Shown here piece by piece: positions 1 to 9,765 of a stretch of 62,472 nucleotides of DNA (position 1 is the stretch's first letter; every line of letters starts with the position of its first letter). The notes beneath the pieces were generated by a model, which worked only from the letters and a program-made list of their open reading frames with translations, was not told the origin of the DNA and did no database searches. Both the position numbers and the translations under genes were made by a program. The stretch is from contig JASJAS010000008.1 in the NCBI GenBank assembly GCA_030066875.1, positions 1-62,472 of the forward strand. The letters are read 5' to 3'. This stretch comes from Acidimicrobiia bacterium (GTDB taxonomy: Bacteria; Actinomycetota; Acidimicrobiia; Spongiisociales; UBA5794).

Positions 1-3
1 CCG

Positions 4-1227
4 ATGCTCTACGACCGTCAGATGAGCGATGCTGAGCTCAAACTGCGCGTCATGGAGATGCTCGAGTGGGCACTGGATCAAGAAGAGTCCGTGCCGCTCG
101 CCAGGGCCGATCGTGTAGCCCTGCTGCAGGAGATTGCCGACGACGTCCTGGGGTACGGCCCGATCGACCCCTATCTGTCCGACACCGATATCACCGAAGT
201 CATGGTCAACGGACCGCACCAGGTCTGGATCGAACGGTTGGGCAAACTCAGCCTCTCCGAAACCCGGTTTGTCGACGCGACGCACCTCGAGCGAATCATC
301 GAGAAGATCGTCGGCCAGGTCGGGCGTCGTATTGACGAGTCAACTCCGATGGTGGACGCCCGTCTTCCCGACGGCTCTCGTGTCAACGCGGTCATCCACC
401 CGCTGGCGATTGGCGGCCCCTTCCTGACGATCCGTAAGTTCAGCGCCGATCCGTTTACCTCCGATCAGCTCGTTGAGATGGGTTCCTTCACTGAACAGGT
501 GGCAGGTTTCCTCCGCCGCTGTGTCTACGGGCGCCTCAACGTGATCGTCAGTGGCGGTACCGGCTCCGGTAAGACCACTCTGCTCAACGTTCTCTCCAGC
601 TACATTCCGGACACCGACCGCATCATCACGGTCGAGGATGCGGCGGAGCTCCGTCTGAACCAGATGCACGTACTCTCGCTCGAGGGGCGCCCCCCGAACA
701 TCGAGGGTAAAGGCCGGGTCACCATTCGCGACCTGGTGCGCAATACGCTGCGTATGCGCCCGGACCGGATCGTGGTTGGTGAGGTTCGTGGCGGCGAGGC
801 TCTCGACATGCTCCAGGCCATGAACACCGGTCACGATGGCTCGTTGACGACGGTGCACTCCAACTCGCCGCGGGACACGTTGGCTCGTATCGAGACGATG
901 GTTCTCATGGCGGGCATGGACCTGCCGGTGCGTGCCATCCGCGAGCAGGTGTCGTCGGCCGTTGACCTGGTTGTGCACCTCAACCGGCTGCGCGACGGTA
1001 CGCGTCGAGTGACCCAGGTCACCGAGGTCGTCGGGATGGAGGGAGACGTCATCACGACCCAGGATCTCTTCATGTTCGACTACGGCATGGGTATCGATGG
1101 CGACGGCATGTACAAGGGCCGTCTCAAGGCAACGGGTATTCGGCCGACCTTCAGCGATCGGCTCACGGACTACGGCATCAACCTTCCGGCCGAGCTGTTT
1201 GCACCGGAACCCTTCGCAGGCAGGTAG
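4..1227 (+). CDS. tadA: Tad pilus assembly ATPase CpaF/TadA (probably 5'-truncated by the window edge)
   Basis: Walker [11 protein letters not shown], Asp-box [41 protein letters not shown]; followed by two T2SS-F genes. Confidence 0.95.
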   Translation: MLYDRQMSDAELKLRVMEMLEWALDQEESVPLARADRVALLQEIADDVLGYGPIDPYLSDTDITEVMVNGPHQVWIERLGKLSLSETRFVDATHLERIIEKIVGQVGRRIDESTPMVDARLPDGSRVNAVIHPLAIGGPFLTIRKFSADPFTSDQLVEMGSFTEQVAGFLRRCVYGRLNVIVSGGTGSGKTTLLNVLSSYIPDTDRIITVEDAAELRLNQMHVLSLEGRPPNIEGKGRVTIRDLVRNTLRMRPDRIVVGEVRGGEALDMLQAMNTGHDGSLTTVHSNSPRDTLARIETMVLMAGMDLPVRAIREQVSSAVDLVVHLNRLRDGTRRVTQVTEVVGMEGDVITTQDLFMFDYGMGIDGDGMYKGRLKATGIRPTFSDRLTDYGINLPAELFAPEPFAGR

Positions 1228-1229
1228 AT

Positions 1230-2285
1230 ATGCGACGCCCGCTAACGGTGGCGACTCTGGCGCTGATCATGCTGATGAGCTTTGCCTCGCCGGCATTGGC
1301 GCAGAGCTCGGGCACCAGTAGCACGCGCTCAATGCTGTTGATTGCCGGCGCGATCGGCGCCGGCATCGCGTTGTTCCTTTTGATCGTCATTCTGTTCAAT
1401 CCAGCATCTTCGGTCGAGCGGGATCTACAGGGCCGGCTGGGTGCCTACACCGAGGGCGGCGAGGATCGGGGGCGTCTCGCCCGGATTCCGCTTCTCCGCC
1501 GCTTCGTCAGCGGCGCTGAAGACATCGCTCGCGATCGTGGGTTCATCAACCAGATCGAGACCGCGCTGGATCAGGCCAATCTCCCGCTTCGCCCAGGTGA
1601 GGCGATTGCAGGCATTGTCGGCCTTGCCGCGGTTGCCGGCATTGTGATCATGGTTGTCCAGCAGAGTCCGATCTGGGGGGCAATAACGGCGGCCGTTGTT
1701 CTGGCGGTGGCGGTTGTTCTCATCCAGGGCGTTGCGTCTCGTCACAAGACGAAGTTCGAGAACCAGCTCCCCGACACCCTCAACCTGCTTTCGACGTCGT
1801 TGCGTTCCGGGTACTCGTTGCTGCAGGCGGTGGAGGCAGTTGCCGCGGAGTCGCCGGAACCGACCGCGCGCGAGTTTGGTAGGGCCATGAACGAAACCCG
1901 GCTGGGGCGGTCGCCGGTTGCCGCGCTGAAGCACGTCGCGGACCGGATGGAATCAGTTGACTTCGACTGGGCAGTGCTGGCCATCAGTATCCAGCGCGAA
2001 GTCGGTGGCAACCTGGCCGAGGTGTTGCAGACCGCGTCCGACACGATGCTCCAACGCAACCGGTTGCGGCGTGAGATGAAGGCACTGACGGCCGAAGGTC
2101 GTGTGTCGGCAATCGTTTTGGGCTCGTTGCCTTTCTTCCTGTTCGCATTCTTGTTCACAACGCGTAGGGATTACCTACAGCCCATGCTGGACTCGACTTG
2201 GGGCCTCATCGCCCTCGGAGGGGCCTTCGGGCTGCTCCTCATCGGGATCTTCTGGCTGACACGCATCGTCAAGGTGGATGTCTAA
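1230..2285 (+). CDS. tadB: Tad inner-membrane platform protein TadB (T2SS F family)
   Basis: QLPDTLNLLSTSLRSGYSL, QREVGGNLAEVL, MKALTAEGRVSA motifs; position after tadA. Confidence 0.92.
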   Translation: MRRPLTVATLALIMLMSFASPALAQSSGTSSTRSMLLIAGAIGAGIALFLLIVILFNPASSVERDLQGRLGAYTEGGEDRGRLARIPLLRRFVSGAEDIARDRGFINQIETALDQANLPLRPGEAIAGIVGLAAVAGIVIMVVQQSPIWGAITAAVVLAVAVVLIQGVASRHKTKFENQLPDTLNLLSTSLRSGYSLLQAVEAVAAESPEPTAREFGRAMNETRLGRSPVAALKHVADRMESVDFDWAVLAISIQREVGGNLAEVLQTASDTMLQRNRLRREMKALTAEGRVSAIVLGSLPFFLFAFLFTTRRDYLQPMLDSTWGLIALGGAFGLLLIGIFWLTRIVKVDV

Positions 2286-3187
2286 TGGATCAAGCACTGT
2301 TTGCTGCAATAGCCGTCGGCGTCACCCTGGGAGCAGCCACCATCTTCATCGGCAGTGGCGTTCTCAAGGCTCGGGCGAGCGCCTCGCGCAGGCTTGCGGG
2401 ACTCCGCGAGACGAGAGCTGAAGTTCTGGAGAAAGGCTTCGGCGAACGAGCCGTGGCTCCCGTGTTCCAGGGCGTCGGACGATTCGCAATGCGGTACACG
2501 CCGCAAGGCTGGGGAGCACGCGTCGACAAGAAGCTCGTGATTGCGGGCTGGACGCCGCGCCTCGACGCCAATTCGTGGGCGGCCATCAGGGTGATTGCGT
2601 TCATAGCCGGCGTGTTCCTCGCCTGGTACGTCCAGGGAGTTCTGACCGGTACGGCGCGGCTTGCCGCAACCGTGGGCGCGCTGATCCTTGGTCTGCTTGG
2701 TCCGGAGGCGATCTTGAGCCGACGGGTTGACGAGCGCAAGGCTGCCATGGAACGAGACCTTCCTGACATCATTGACCTCCTCGTCATCAGTGTCGAGGCC
2801 GGTCTCGGCTTCGAGGGAGCTCTGGGTCGAGTGGTGCAGAATGTCCCAGGTGAACTGAGCGATGAGTTTTCGCGAATGCTGCAGGAAACGAGGGTCGGCG
2901 TGAGCAGGAACGCTGCGTTGAAGTCGTTGGCCGAACGCACAGACGTCGACGACCTCAACACGTTCATCATGGCCCTGACCCAGGCCGACGCCTTTGGTGT
3001 GTCGATTTCACGCATGCTTCGGGTTCAAGCCGACGAGATGCGTGTGCGGCGCCGCTTGCGGGCTCAGGAGCGAGCTTTTGCGGCTCCGGTGAAGATGACC
3101 TTCCCCCTCGTGCTTTGTATCTTCCCCGGAATCTTCACGGTGCTGCTCGGTCCGGCAGCAATTCAGATTGCCGACGCGATCCTCTGA
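2285..3187 (+). CDS. tadC: Tad inner-membrane platform protein TadC
   Basis: LPDIIDLLVISVEAGLGFEGAL, AFAAPVKMTFPLVLCIFP; ATG at 2285 overlaps the tadB stop (TAATG), so the track start at 2198 is too far upstream. Confidence 0.92.
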   Translation: MDQALFAAIAVGVTLGAATIFIGSGVLKARASASRRLAGLRETRAEVLEKGFGERAVAPVFQGVGRFAMRYTPQGWGARVDKKLVIAGWTPRLDANSWAAIRVIAFIAGVFLAWYVQGVLTGTARLAATVGALILGLLGPEAILSRRVDERKAAMERDLPDIIDLLVISVEAGLGFEGALGRVVQNVPGELSDEFSRMLQETRVGVSRNAALKSLAERTDVDDLNTFIMALTQADAFGVSISRMLRVQADEMRVRRRLRAQERAFAAPVKMTFPLVLCIFPGIFTVLLGPAAIQIADAIL

Positions 3188-3190
3188 TCT

Positions 3191-4534
3191 GTGAATCGAT
3201 TACGAGTCGCCCATCTTCGGCTGCTCGTTCCGTTTGTTGTACTGGCGTGGCGAGCCACCTTGCCCATCGGCGACAACTCGTTCCTGTGGCACGTACGCGC
3301 TGGAACGCTGCAGCTCGAAAGCGGCTCCGTACTTGCCGCGGACCCGTTCTCTTTCACCGCATTCGGTGAGCCGTGGCGGACTCAGTCCTGGCTGGCTGAA
3401 CTCGGCTACGGGTGGCTGGAGCGAGTGACGCACGGCATCGGATGGGTGCCTTTGATGAAGTTTGTCGCGATGTCGCTGACAATCGCGTTGCTCGGTCTGG
3501 TGATCTACCGAGTGGGAAAGGCGCGTCCATGGCTCACACTCGGCGGAATGCTTCTTCTCGTCTGGCAGGGGACACCGTTCGGGGTCGCCCGCCCTGCCCT
3601 GCTGGGATACTTGCTGCTTGCGATCGTTATAGCGGTCGCTCACACCAAGCCGGCGCCGCTGTGGATCTTGCCCCCGTTGTTCTGGCTATGGGCGTCGGTC
3701 CACGGGATGTTCGTCGTCGGTCTGGGCTACTTGTTTCTCGACGGGCTTCGCAAGCGCTCTCGCAAGCAGATCCTTGCGGCTGCAATCTCCGGCTTGGCCA
3801 CGGCATTGACTGCTCACGGCCTCGGAACGTGGTGGATCCTGGTGCAGTTCTTCGAGAACCGGGGCGCCCTCGACCTCATATCTGAGTGGCAGGCCCCGAA
3901 TTTCTCGAACCCGTTCATAGTCCCGATGCTCATTGTGCTGGTCGGCCTCATCGTGGCCGGTGCACTTGGCCGACTCGCCCCGGCCCAGTTGTGGATCGTC
4001 ATACCGTTCGTCGCTTTTGGCGTTCTCGCCGAGCGCAATCTGTGGCCCGCGGTATTGGCCCTGACACCCATAGCGATCTTGGGGTTTGCTCGTGAAGGGC
4101 CCATCAAGAAGCCCGCGACTTCCGAACCGGCAGCGATCAACTGGGCGATTGCGGTGACGATGATCGCAGTTGCGGGCTTGGGTGTCACTCGCCCTGTCGA
4201 GCTGCGCGACGACCGGTTCCCCTCCCGTGAGGCAGTGAGCTCATTGAATGAGGGTCCGGCGTTCCACGGAACCGCGGTCGGGGGGTACTTGATCTTCGCA
4301 GATTGGCCGGACCGTTCGGTGTTCATCGATGATCGCGCCGAACTCTACGGCGAATCAGGCTTCCAACGTTTCCATGATCTCCGCAACGGGGTTGACGTCC
4401 AGGACACGTTTGCCGAATTGGGGATCGACCAAGCTCTGGTCAGTGCCGACTGGCCGATTGTCGACTATCTCGAGCTCCTGGGCTGGGATTACCGTTACGA
4501 GGATGAGCACTTCGTCGTGATGGCGGCGTCCTAG
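3191..4534 (+). CDS. Polytopic membrane protein, putative GT-C-fold glycosyltransferase
   Basis: N-terminal TM followed by DNSFLWHVRAG...DPFSFT...W..QSWL loop, about 10 TM helices including LWASVHGMF and ISEWQAP, C-terminal soluble domain (GGYLIF...VFIDDRAELYG); 3 nt after tadC. Confidence 0.6.
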   Translation: MNRLRVAHLRLLVPFVVLAWRATLPIGDNSFLWHVRAGTLQLESGSVLAADPFSFTAFGEPWRTQSWLAELGYGWLERVTHGIGWVPLMKFVAMSLTIALLGLVIYRVGKARPWLTLGGMLLLVWQGTPFGVARPALLGYLLLAIVIAVAHTKPAPLWILPPLFWLWASVHGMFVVGLGYLFLDGLRKRSRKQILAAAISGLATALTAHGLGTWWILVQFFENRGALDLISEWQAPNFSNPFIVPMLIVLVGLIVAGALGRLAPAQLWIVIPFVAFGVLAERNLWPAVLALTPIAILGFAREGPIKKPATSEPAAINWAIAVTMIAVAGLGVTRPVELRDDRFPSREAVSSLNEGPAFHGTAVGGYLIFADWPDRSVFIDDRAELYGESGFQRFHDLRNGVDVQDTFAELGIDQALVSADWPIVDYLELLGWDYRYEDEHFVVMAAS

Positions 4535-4554
4535 GCCGAGAGGTAGAGGACGCG

Positions 4555-4580
4555 AAAAAGGGCCCCGGAGGGCCCTCTTC
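4555..4580 (-). terminator. Intrinsic terminator of the flp gene
   Basis: Minus strand reads GAAG-AGGGCCC-TCCG-GGGCCCT-TTTT: GC stem with a U tract, 17 nt after the flp stop. Confidence 0.8.
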
Positions 4581-4596
4581 CAGAGTAAGACTTCGC

Positions 4597-4761
4597 TTAC
4601 AGGGTCTGTGCAATCGAGTTGAACTCGGTGGAAACCGAACTACCCACAGCCGTGATGGCGATCAGGGCGACGATGGCGATGAGCGCAACCAACAGCGCAT
4701 ACTCGACGAGGCTGGCGCCCTCTTCATCGCGGTTCAAAAGTGCAGTCCACATATGGAGCAT
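4597..4761 (-). CDS. flp: Flp family type IVb (Tad) pilin, 54 aa, absent from the ORF track
   Basis: MLHMWTALLNRDEEG|ASLVEYALLVALIAIVALIAITAVGSSVSTEFNSIAQTL: G|xxxxEY prepilin motif plus hydrophobic helix; AAGGAGG RBS; own terminator. Confidence 0.96.
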   Translation of the reverse strand: MLHMWTALLNRDEEGASLVEYALLVALIAIVALIAITAVGSSVSTEFNSIAQTL

Positions 4762-4906
4762 GGTTTCTTCCTCCTTGGCAGGGTGATCCGAGATTGATTA
4801 TCCACAGATATGGGCGAGGCTCAATAGGTCGGACGCCCCAATTGGTAACTTTAAGTGGGTGAAACCACCGCGCGGAGTAGTCGAGGTCGGAAGGCCCCGC
4901 CGGGGC

Positions 4907-5536
4907 TCAGCGATGGATTCCGAGTCGAATCGCCTCCACGACGGCCTGGGCGCGATCCGTGATGGCGAGCTTCTCATAGATACTTGCCAGATGGTTCTTG
5001 ACGGTCTTTTGCGAGATGAAGAGCCGGTCGGCGAGATCCTCGGTGCCACTCACGCCGGAGGCGAGAAGCCGGAGAAGCTCGCGTTCCCGGCTGGTCAAGG
5101 CGGCCGCGCCCTCATCGAGAATGGGTTGACGGTGTCGATCTAGTACGTCGCGGATGGTGGCCTCGTCGAGGACCTCTTCTCCAGCGGCTACGGCACGAAT
5201 GGCTGCGGCCAGATCAGGAAGGGGTGCAGACTTCGAGAGGAATCCGGATGCCCCGGCCGCGGCCGCCTTGCGCCGCTGTTCATCCTCGGCATGCATGGTG
5301 ACGACAATCGAGGGAGGTGCTCCCTCCAACTTGCGCAAAGCTCCGATGCCGCTCAGTCGGGGCATTTCGATGTCGACCAGGATCACGTCGGGGGTCGCGC
5401 TGTCGAGTACCTCGATCAATTCGCGTCCGTCAGCGGCGGTGGCGATGACCTTGATGTCCGGCAGGCTGTCGAGTGCTTGGGAAAGCCCCTCCCGCAACAT
5501 TGTGTGGTCATCAGCGATGACGATCCTGATTGCCAT
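4907..5536 (-). CDS. NarL/LuxR-family response regulator
   Basis: REC domain (IVIADDH, VILVDIEMP, FLSK) plus LuxR HTH (LTSRERELL...ISQKTVKNHLASIYEKL). Confidence 0.95.
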   Translation of the reverse strand: MAIRIVIADDHTMLREGLSQALDSLPDIKVIATAADGRELIEVLDSATPDVILVDIEMPRLSGIGALRKLEGAPPSIVVTMHAEDEQRRKAAAAGASGFLSKSAPLPDLAAAIRAVAAGEEVLDEATIRDVLDRHRQPILDEGAAALTSRERELLRLLASGVSGTEDLADRLFISQKTVKNHLASIYEKLAITDRAQAVVEAIRLGIHR

Positions 5537-7039
5537 CTAGTGGTCCTCCCAGGTGATGGTAACGCGACTGCCCTGCTCGTCTCCGGAGTCTACGGTCAGG
5601 GTGCCGCCGATCTCGGCGGCGCGTTCCCTCATTCCGAGAACTCCGTAGTGGCCCTTGGGAAGGTCAGATGGGTCAAATCCACGTCCGTTGTCGAATACCG
5701 ATATTCGGCCGCGATCTCGATCCACCTCGCCTTCGATCCGAAGTACGGATGCGTGGGAATGTTCGATGGCATTGCGGACCGCCTCGGCCAGGATGGCACG
5801 CAGCTCGACGGCAACGGCTGGGCGGGGTGGGCGATGCTCCTCGATGGCGACCGATATCTCGGGCCCGGAGCCGGCCGCTTCAGCCGCAACCTCGTAGGCC
5901 TGCTCGACGATCGAAGCAACGTTGTCGTGGCGGAGGTCCGAGACCGTCGTACGCACCTCTTCGACGAGGGCCGTCACGGCCTCGCGGGTGCCCTCGAGAT
6001 GCCTGGCGAGCTCGGCATCCTCCGCCGTGTGGATGAGCATGTCGAGTCTCAGGCCGAGACTGGCCAGGGCCGGGCCTATGTTGTCATGCAGCTCGCGAGC
6101 CAGGCGGACCCGTTCCTCATGCACCGTCCGGTGTGCGATGCGCTGGAGGAGTGCGACATTGTCGAATGCCAGACCGACCTGGCTGACGATGGGCTGGATC
6201 GACGGGTTGTAGCGCCTCAGGTCATCTTCGGGCTGGGCCCAGAGCTCGATACGTCCCAGGCTGATCCCGCGCATCTCGATGGGGTAGACGACCGAGTCGG
6301 TCTCGCCGTTCGGTTCGCCGGTACGGGCGACGACTACCGCTTCGCCGTCGTCCCGGATGAGGCTCACCCGGCCTGCAGCGAACGGGACCGATCCGGCAAG
6401 ATCGCGTAGCGCAACGCTGCCGATTGTCACTGGATTGAGCTCCTGAGTGTTGGCCAGTTCGGAGAGACTGGTGAGAAGCGTGTGGGCAGTTTGGATGCGT
6501 TCGATGCGAACGGTCGCCGCCTGCAGCTCAGCGCTACGGGCGCTCGTCTCGGCCATGATCCTCCTCACCTGGGTGAAGGTGATCACGATCAACGCATAGA
6601 GGAAGGCCGGTTGGATCGTCGACTGGTCGAGAAGCGGCTGCTCGAGGGCGCGCGCAATGACAAACAACCCGGCGATGGCGAGGGCCGCCGTCTCGAGACC
6701 GACCCGCATACCCAGGAAGCTCGCAGCAAACAGAGGAGGTCCGGCGAGGAATATCACATAGGCCGATTCAGATCCGCCGGTCAACGCCATCGCGATCAAT
6801 GCCACGACGATGCCGAGCACTGCCATCAGCTCGCCCCATTGCTCGGAGTTGCGCAGTCGTCGGGGCAGGATCTGCATAGTGACCACCCAGGCTGCCGCTA
6901 ATAGCGCCGAGATACCCACCGTCGCCGTGGCGCCGCGAACGACTGCGCTCACGATCACCGAGAGGGTCAACGACGCCCAGAGCACCGCGGTCAGCGCCCA
7001 GTCGAGCCTCTGCTCCCAGGGGTCGTAGTCGGTGGTCAT
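5537..7039 (-). CDS. Membrane sensor histidine kinase (HisKA_3 type), cognate of the adjacent regulator
   Basis: N-terminal TM bundle, GAF-like segment, ERVRLARELHD H-box, EAVRNA / DNGRGF / GHYGVLGMRERA ATPase boxes; start set at ATG 7039; stop abuts the regulator start. Confidence 0.92.
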   Translation of the reverse strand: MTTDYDPWEQRLDWALTAVLWASLTLSVIVSAVVRGATATVGISALLAAAWVVTMQILPRRLRNSEQWGELMAVLGIVVALIAMALTGGSESAYVIFLAGPPLFAASFLGMRVGLETAALAIAGLFVIARALEQPLLDQSTIQPAFLYALIVITFTQVRRIMAETSARSAELQAATVRIERIQTAHTLLTSLSELANTQELNPVTIGSVALRDLAGSVPFAAGRVSLIRDDGEAVVVARTGEPNGETDSVVYPIEMRGISLGRIELWAQPEDDLRRYNPSIQPIVSQVGLAFDNVALLQRIAHRTVHEERVRLARELHDNIGPALASLGLRLDMLIHTAEDAELARHLEGTREAVTALVEEVRTTVSDLRHDNVASIVEQAYEVAAEAAGSGPEISVAIEEHRPPRPAVAVELRAILAEAVRNAIEHSHASVLRIEGEVDRDRGRISVFDNGRGFDPSDLPKGHYGVLGMRERAAEIGGTLTVDSGDEQGSRVTITWEDH

Positions 7040-7062
7040 TGCCACAGGGTACAGTCGAGTCC
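7040..7062. promoter_or_regulatory. Candidate bidirectional leaderless promoter with overlapping -10 boxes
   Basis: Plus strand TACAGT (7050-7055) then 7 nt to GTG 7063; minus strand TACCCT (7051-7046) then 6 nt to ATG 7039; no SD on either side. Confidence 0.55.
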
Positions 7063-7671
7063 GTGAGAGCTGAGGGCAATACTGATCAGCCACTCCGACT
7101 TGTCATCAGCGGCGGCATCGGCAGCGGCAAGTCGACCGTCTTGGCGATTCTCGCTGAGCTGGGAGCGGTCATCATCGAAGCCGATCGACTCGGCCACGAG
7201 GTTCTCGAACCCGGTGGCGCTGCCCATGGCGCCGTCGCCGACCAGTGGCCCGCCGTCGTAGACGGCGACAGAATCGATCGAACGTTGCTGGCTGCCGTTG
7301 TATTCAGTGATCCAGAGCAACTGGACACGTTGGAGCGACTCACTCACCCGCACATCCGCTTCGCGATTCAGGAGCTGGTCGATCGAAATCCCGATCGAGA
7401 CATCGCCGTCGAGCTGCCGGTCCGGTCGAATCTGGTTGGTCCGGGGTGGAGTCGGGTAGTGGTGGTCGCACCGGTCGAGGAAAGACTCGACCGAGCGGTC
7501 GCCCGAGGCTTTGCGGAGGGCGATGTTGCTCGCCGTATGGCGCTGCAGCCGTCCGATGCCGAATGGGCTGAATCTGCCGACCACATCATCGAGAACGCGG
7601 GAAGTCTCGGCGATCTGCGTCGAGCCGTGAGGAAACTGTGGGATGAGCTCCACGCAGATGCGGCCGGCTAG
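7063..7671 (+). CDS. coaE: Dephospho-CoA kinase
   Basis: ISGGIGSGKSTV P-loop, IEADRLGH, LERLTHP, DHIIENAGS; start set at GTG 7063 (track gives 7039). Confidence 0.9.
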   Translation: MRAEGNTDQPLRLVISGGIGSGKSTVLAILAELGAVIIEADRLGHEVLEPGGAAHGAVADQWPAVVDGDRIDRTLLAAVVFSDPEQLDTLERLTHPHIRFAIQELVDRNPDRDIAVELPVRSNLVGPGWSRVVVVAPVEERLDRAVARGFAEGDVARRMALQPSDAEWAESADHIIENAGSLGDLRRAVRKLWDELHADAAG

Positions 7672-7689
7672 CTAGCGGCACGGGTTTCT

Positions 7690-7711
7690 TGTCACCCTGA
7701 GGCGGTACGCT
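7690..7711 (+). promoter_or_regulatory. PafBC / RecA-NDp-type promoter of uvrB (leaderless)
   Basis: TGTCAC-N10-TACGCT, then 6 nt to the ATG; consensus is TGTCGG-N10-TA-N3-T. Confidence 0.65.
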
Positions 7712-7717
7712 GCCGCC

Positions 7718-9730
7718 ATGCGTCCTTTCAAGGTCCATTCCGACTTCGAGCCCGCGGGTGACCAGCCGGAGGCGGTTGCCCAGCTGGCTGCCGGCATCGA
7801 GAGGGGCGATCGTTTCCAAACGCTGATGGGTATCACCGGCTCTGGCAAGTCGGCGACTGTTGCCTGGCTCATCGAGCAGGTGCAGCGGCCGACCATCGTG
7901 CTAGCTCCCAACAAGGCGCTCGCGGCGCAACTCGCCAACGAGTTCCGTGAGTTCTTCCCCGAGAACCGGGTTGAGTATTTCGTCAGCTACTACGACTACT
8001 ACCAGCCCGAGGCCTACATCGCCCAAACCGACACCTACATCGAAAAAGAATCGACGATGAACGACGAGATCGATCGACTGCGCCACGCCGCAACTGCGGC
8101 CCTGTTGACGCGGGAGGACGTGATCATCGTGGCCTCGGTGTCGGCGATCTACGGGTTGGGTTCACCCGAGCAATACGAGGGAAGACTGCTGCGAGTGATC
8201 CGGGGTGTCGAGTATCCACTGGAGGATGCTGTGCGGCGGCTGGTCGACATCCAGTATGAGCGGAACGAAGTCAACCTGGTTCGCGGCAAGTTCCGCCTTC
8301 GCGGGGATACGCTCGAGATCTTTCCGGCATACGACGAGGCAATCTATCGCGTCGAGTACTTCGGTGATGAAGTCGACCGCATTCTGCGCATGAACCCGGT
8401 AACGGGGGAAATCCTCGAAGAGTTGCGTGAAGCGTTCGTCTATCCGGCTACCCATTACGTCGCCGGACAGGAGCGCATTCTTCGTGCGGTGCAGGACATC
8501 AATGAAGAACTGGCGGACCGGCTCGGCGAACTCCAAGACGCCGGGAAACTGCTCGAGGCGCAACGGCTGCGCATGCGGACTTCCTACGACATGGAGATGA
8601 TGCGAGAGATTGGCACCTGCGCCGGAATCGAGAACTACTCCCGTCACCTGGATCGGCGTGAACCCGGCGAGGCTCCTTACACCCTGCTCGACTACTTCCC
8701 GGCCGAGTACGTGACAATCATCGACGAAAGCCACGTCACCATTCCGCAGATCCACGGTCAATACGCTGGCGATCGGAGCCGCAAGGAGGTGCTCGTCGAG
8801 CACGGCTTCCGCCTCCCCTCGGCGATGGACAATCGCCCGCTCACCTTCGAGGAATGGTACGAGCGCACCAACCAGTGCGTGCTGTTGTCGGCGACCCCGG
8901 CAACCTGGGAAATGGACATCTCGACGCAGGTTGTCGAGCAGGTCATCCGGCCGACGGGCTTGGTCGACCCCGAGGTCGTGGTTCGACCCACGAAGGGGCA
9001 GATTGATGACCTGGTCGAGGAAATCAGACAGCGAGCCGAACGAGACCAGCGAGTCTTGGTGACGACGCTCACCAAGAAGATGTCGGAGGACCTCACCGAC
9101 TATTTGCTCGAGCTCGGGGTGAAGGCCCGCTACCTGCACTCCGACATCGACACGCTGGAGCGAGTGCAGATTCTCAGCGAGCTGCGGATGGGGGAGTACG
9201 ACGTGTTGGTAGGCGTGAACCTGTTACGGGAGGGTCTCGACCTACCGGAGGTAGCCCTGGTCGCGATCCTCGATGCCGACAAGGAGGGCTTCTTGCGTTC
9301 CCAGACTTCGCTGGTGCAGACGATCGGACGAGCGGCTCGCAACGTTGATGGTCAGGTCATCATGTATGCGGACCATGTCACAGATTCCATGCAGTGGGCG
9401 ATCAACGAAACCAACCGCCGTCGTCGCATCCAGATGGAGTTCAATGAAGCTCACGGAATCGATCCCCAGACGATCAGGAAGAAGGTCACCGACATTCTGC
9501 AGCTCGTCCAGAGTTCAGACATGCCCTCGGCCGACCGAAGGGCCAGGGAGACCAGGGAACGGGCACCGCTCGATCTGGGCACCGACGATCTGCGCCGGTT
9601 GATCCAAAGCCTCGAGGAAGAGATGCACGAGGCAGCGACGGAACTCAGGTTCGAATACGCGGCCCGCTTGCGGGATGAGGTCAACGAGCTGAAACGCGAG
9701 CTACGCGAGGTTGCCGAGGCCGCCAAATAG
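7718..9730 (+). CDS. uvrB: Excinuclease ABC subunit B
   Basis: [35 protein letters not shown]-terminal UVR coiled coil. Confidence 0.99.
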   Translation: MRPFKVHSDFEPAGDQPEAVAQLAAGIERGDRFQTLMGITGSGKSATVAWLIEQVQRPTIVLAPNKALAAQLANEFREFFPENRVEYFVSYYDYYQPEAYIAQTDTYIEKESTMNDEIDRLRHAATAALLTREDVIIVASVSAIYGLGSPEQYEGRLLRVIRGVEYPLEDAVRRLVDIQYERNEVNLVRGKFRLRGDTLEIFPAYDEAIYRVEYFGDEVDRILRMNPVTGEILEELREAFVYPATHYVAGQERILRAVQDINEELADRLGELQDAGKLLEAQRLRMRTSYDMEMMREIGTCAGIENYSRHLDRREPGEAPYTLLDYFPAEYVTIIDESHVTIPQIHGQYAGDRSRKEVLVEHGFRLPSAMDNRPLTFEEWYERTNQCVLLSATPATWEMDISTQVVEQVIRPTGLVDPEVVVRPTKGQIDDLVEEIRQRAERDQRVLVTTLTKKMSEDLTDYLLELGVKARYLHSDIDTLERVQILSELRMGEYDVLVGVNLLREGLDLPEVALVAILDADKEGFLRSQTSLVQTIGRAARNVDGQVIMYADHVTDSMQWAINETNRRRRIQMEFNEAHGIDPQTIRKKVTDILQLVQSSDMPSADRRARETRERAPLDLGTDDLRRLIQSLEEEMHEAATELRFEYAARLRDEVNELKRELREVAEAAK

Positions 9731-9765
9731 ACCGCTTTGGGCCGCGTCTTGGATATCGTCTCCTC

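Noticed and set aside
4762-4906. Possible c-di-GMP riboswitch upstream of flp
   Set aside because: No GNRA tetraloop/receptor or GGGCAAACC-type core recognised on the coding strand
4859-5143. 94 aa plus-strand ORF with a protein-like look
   Set aside because: Antisense shadow of the LuxR HTH of the response regulator
5291-6409. 372 aa plus-strand ORF
   Set aside because: Antisense to the kinase and regulator; no motifs; expected in GC-rich DNA
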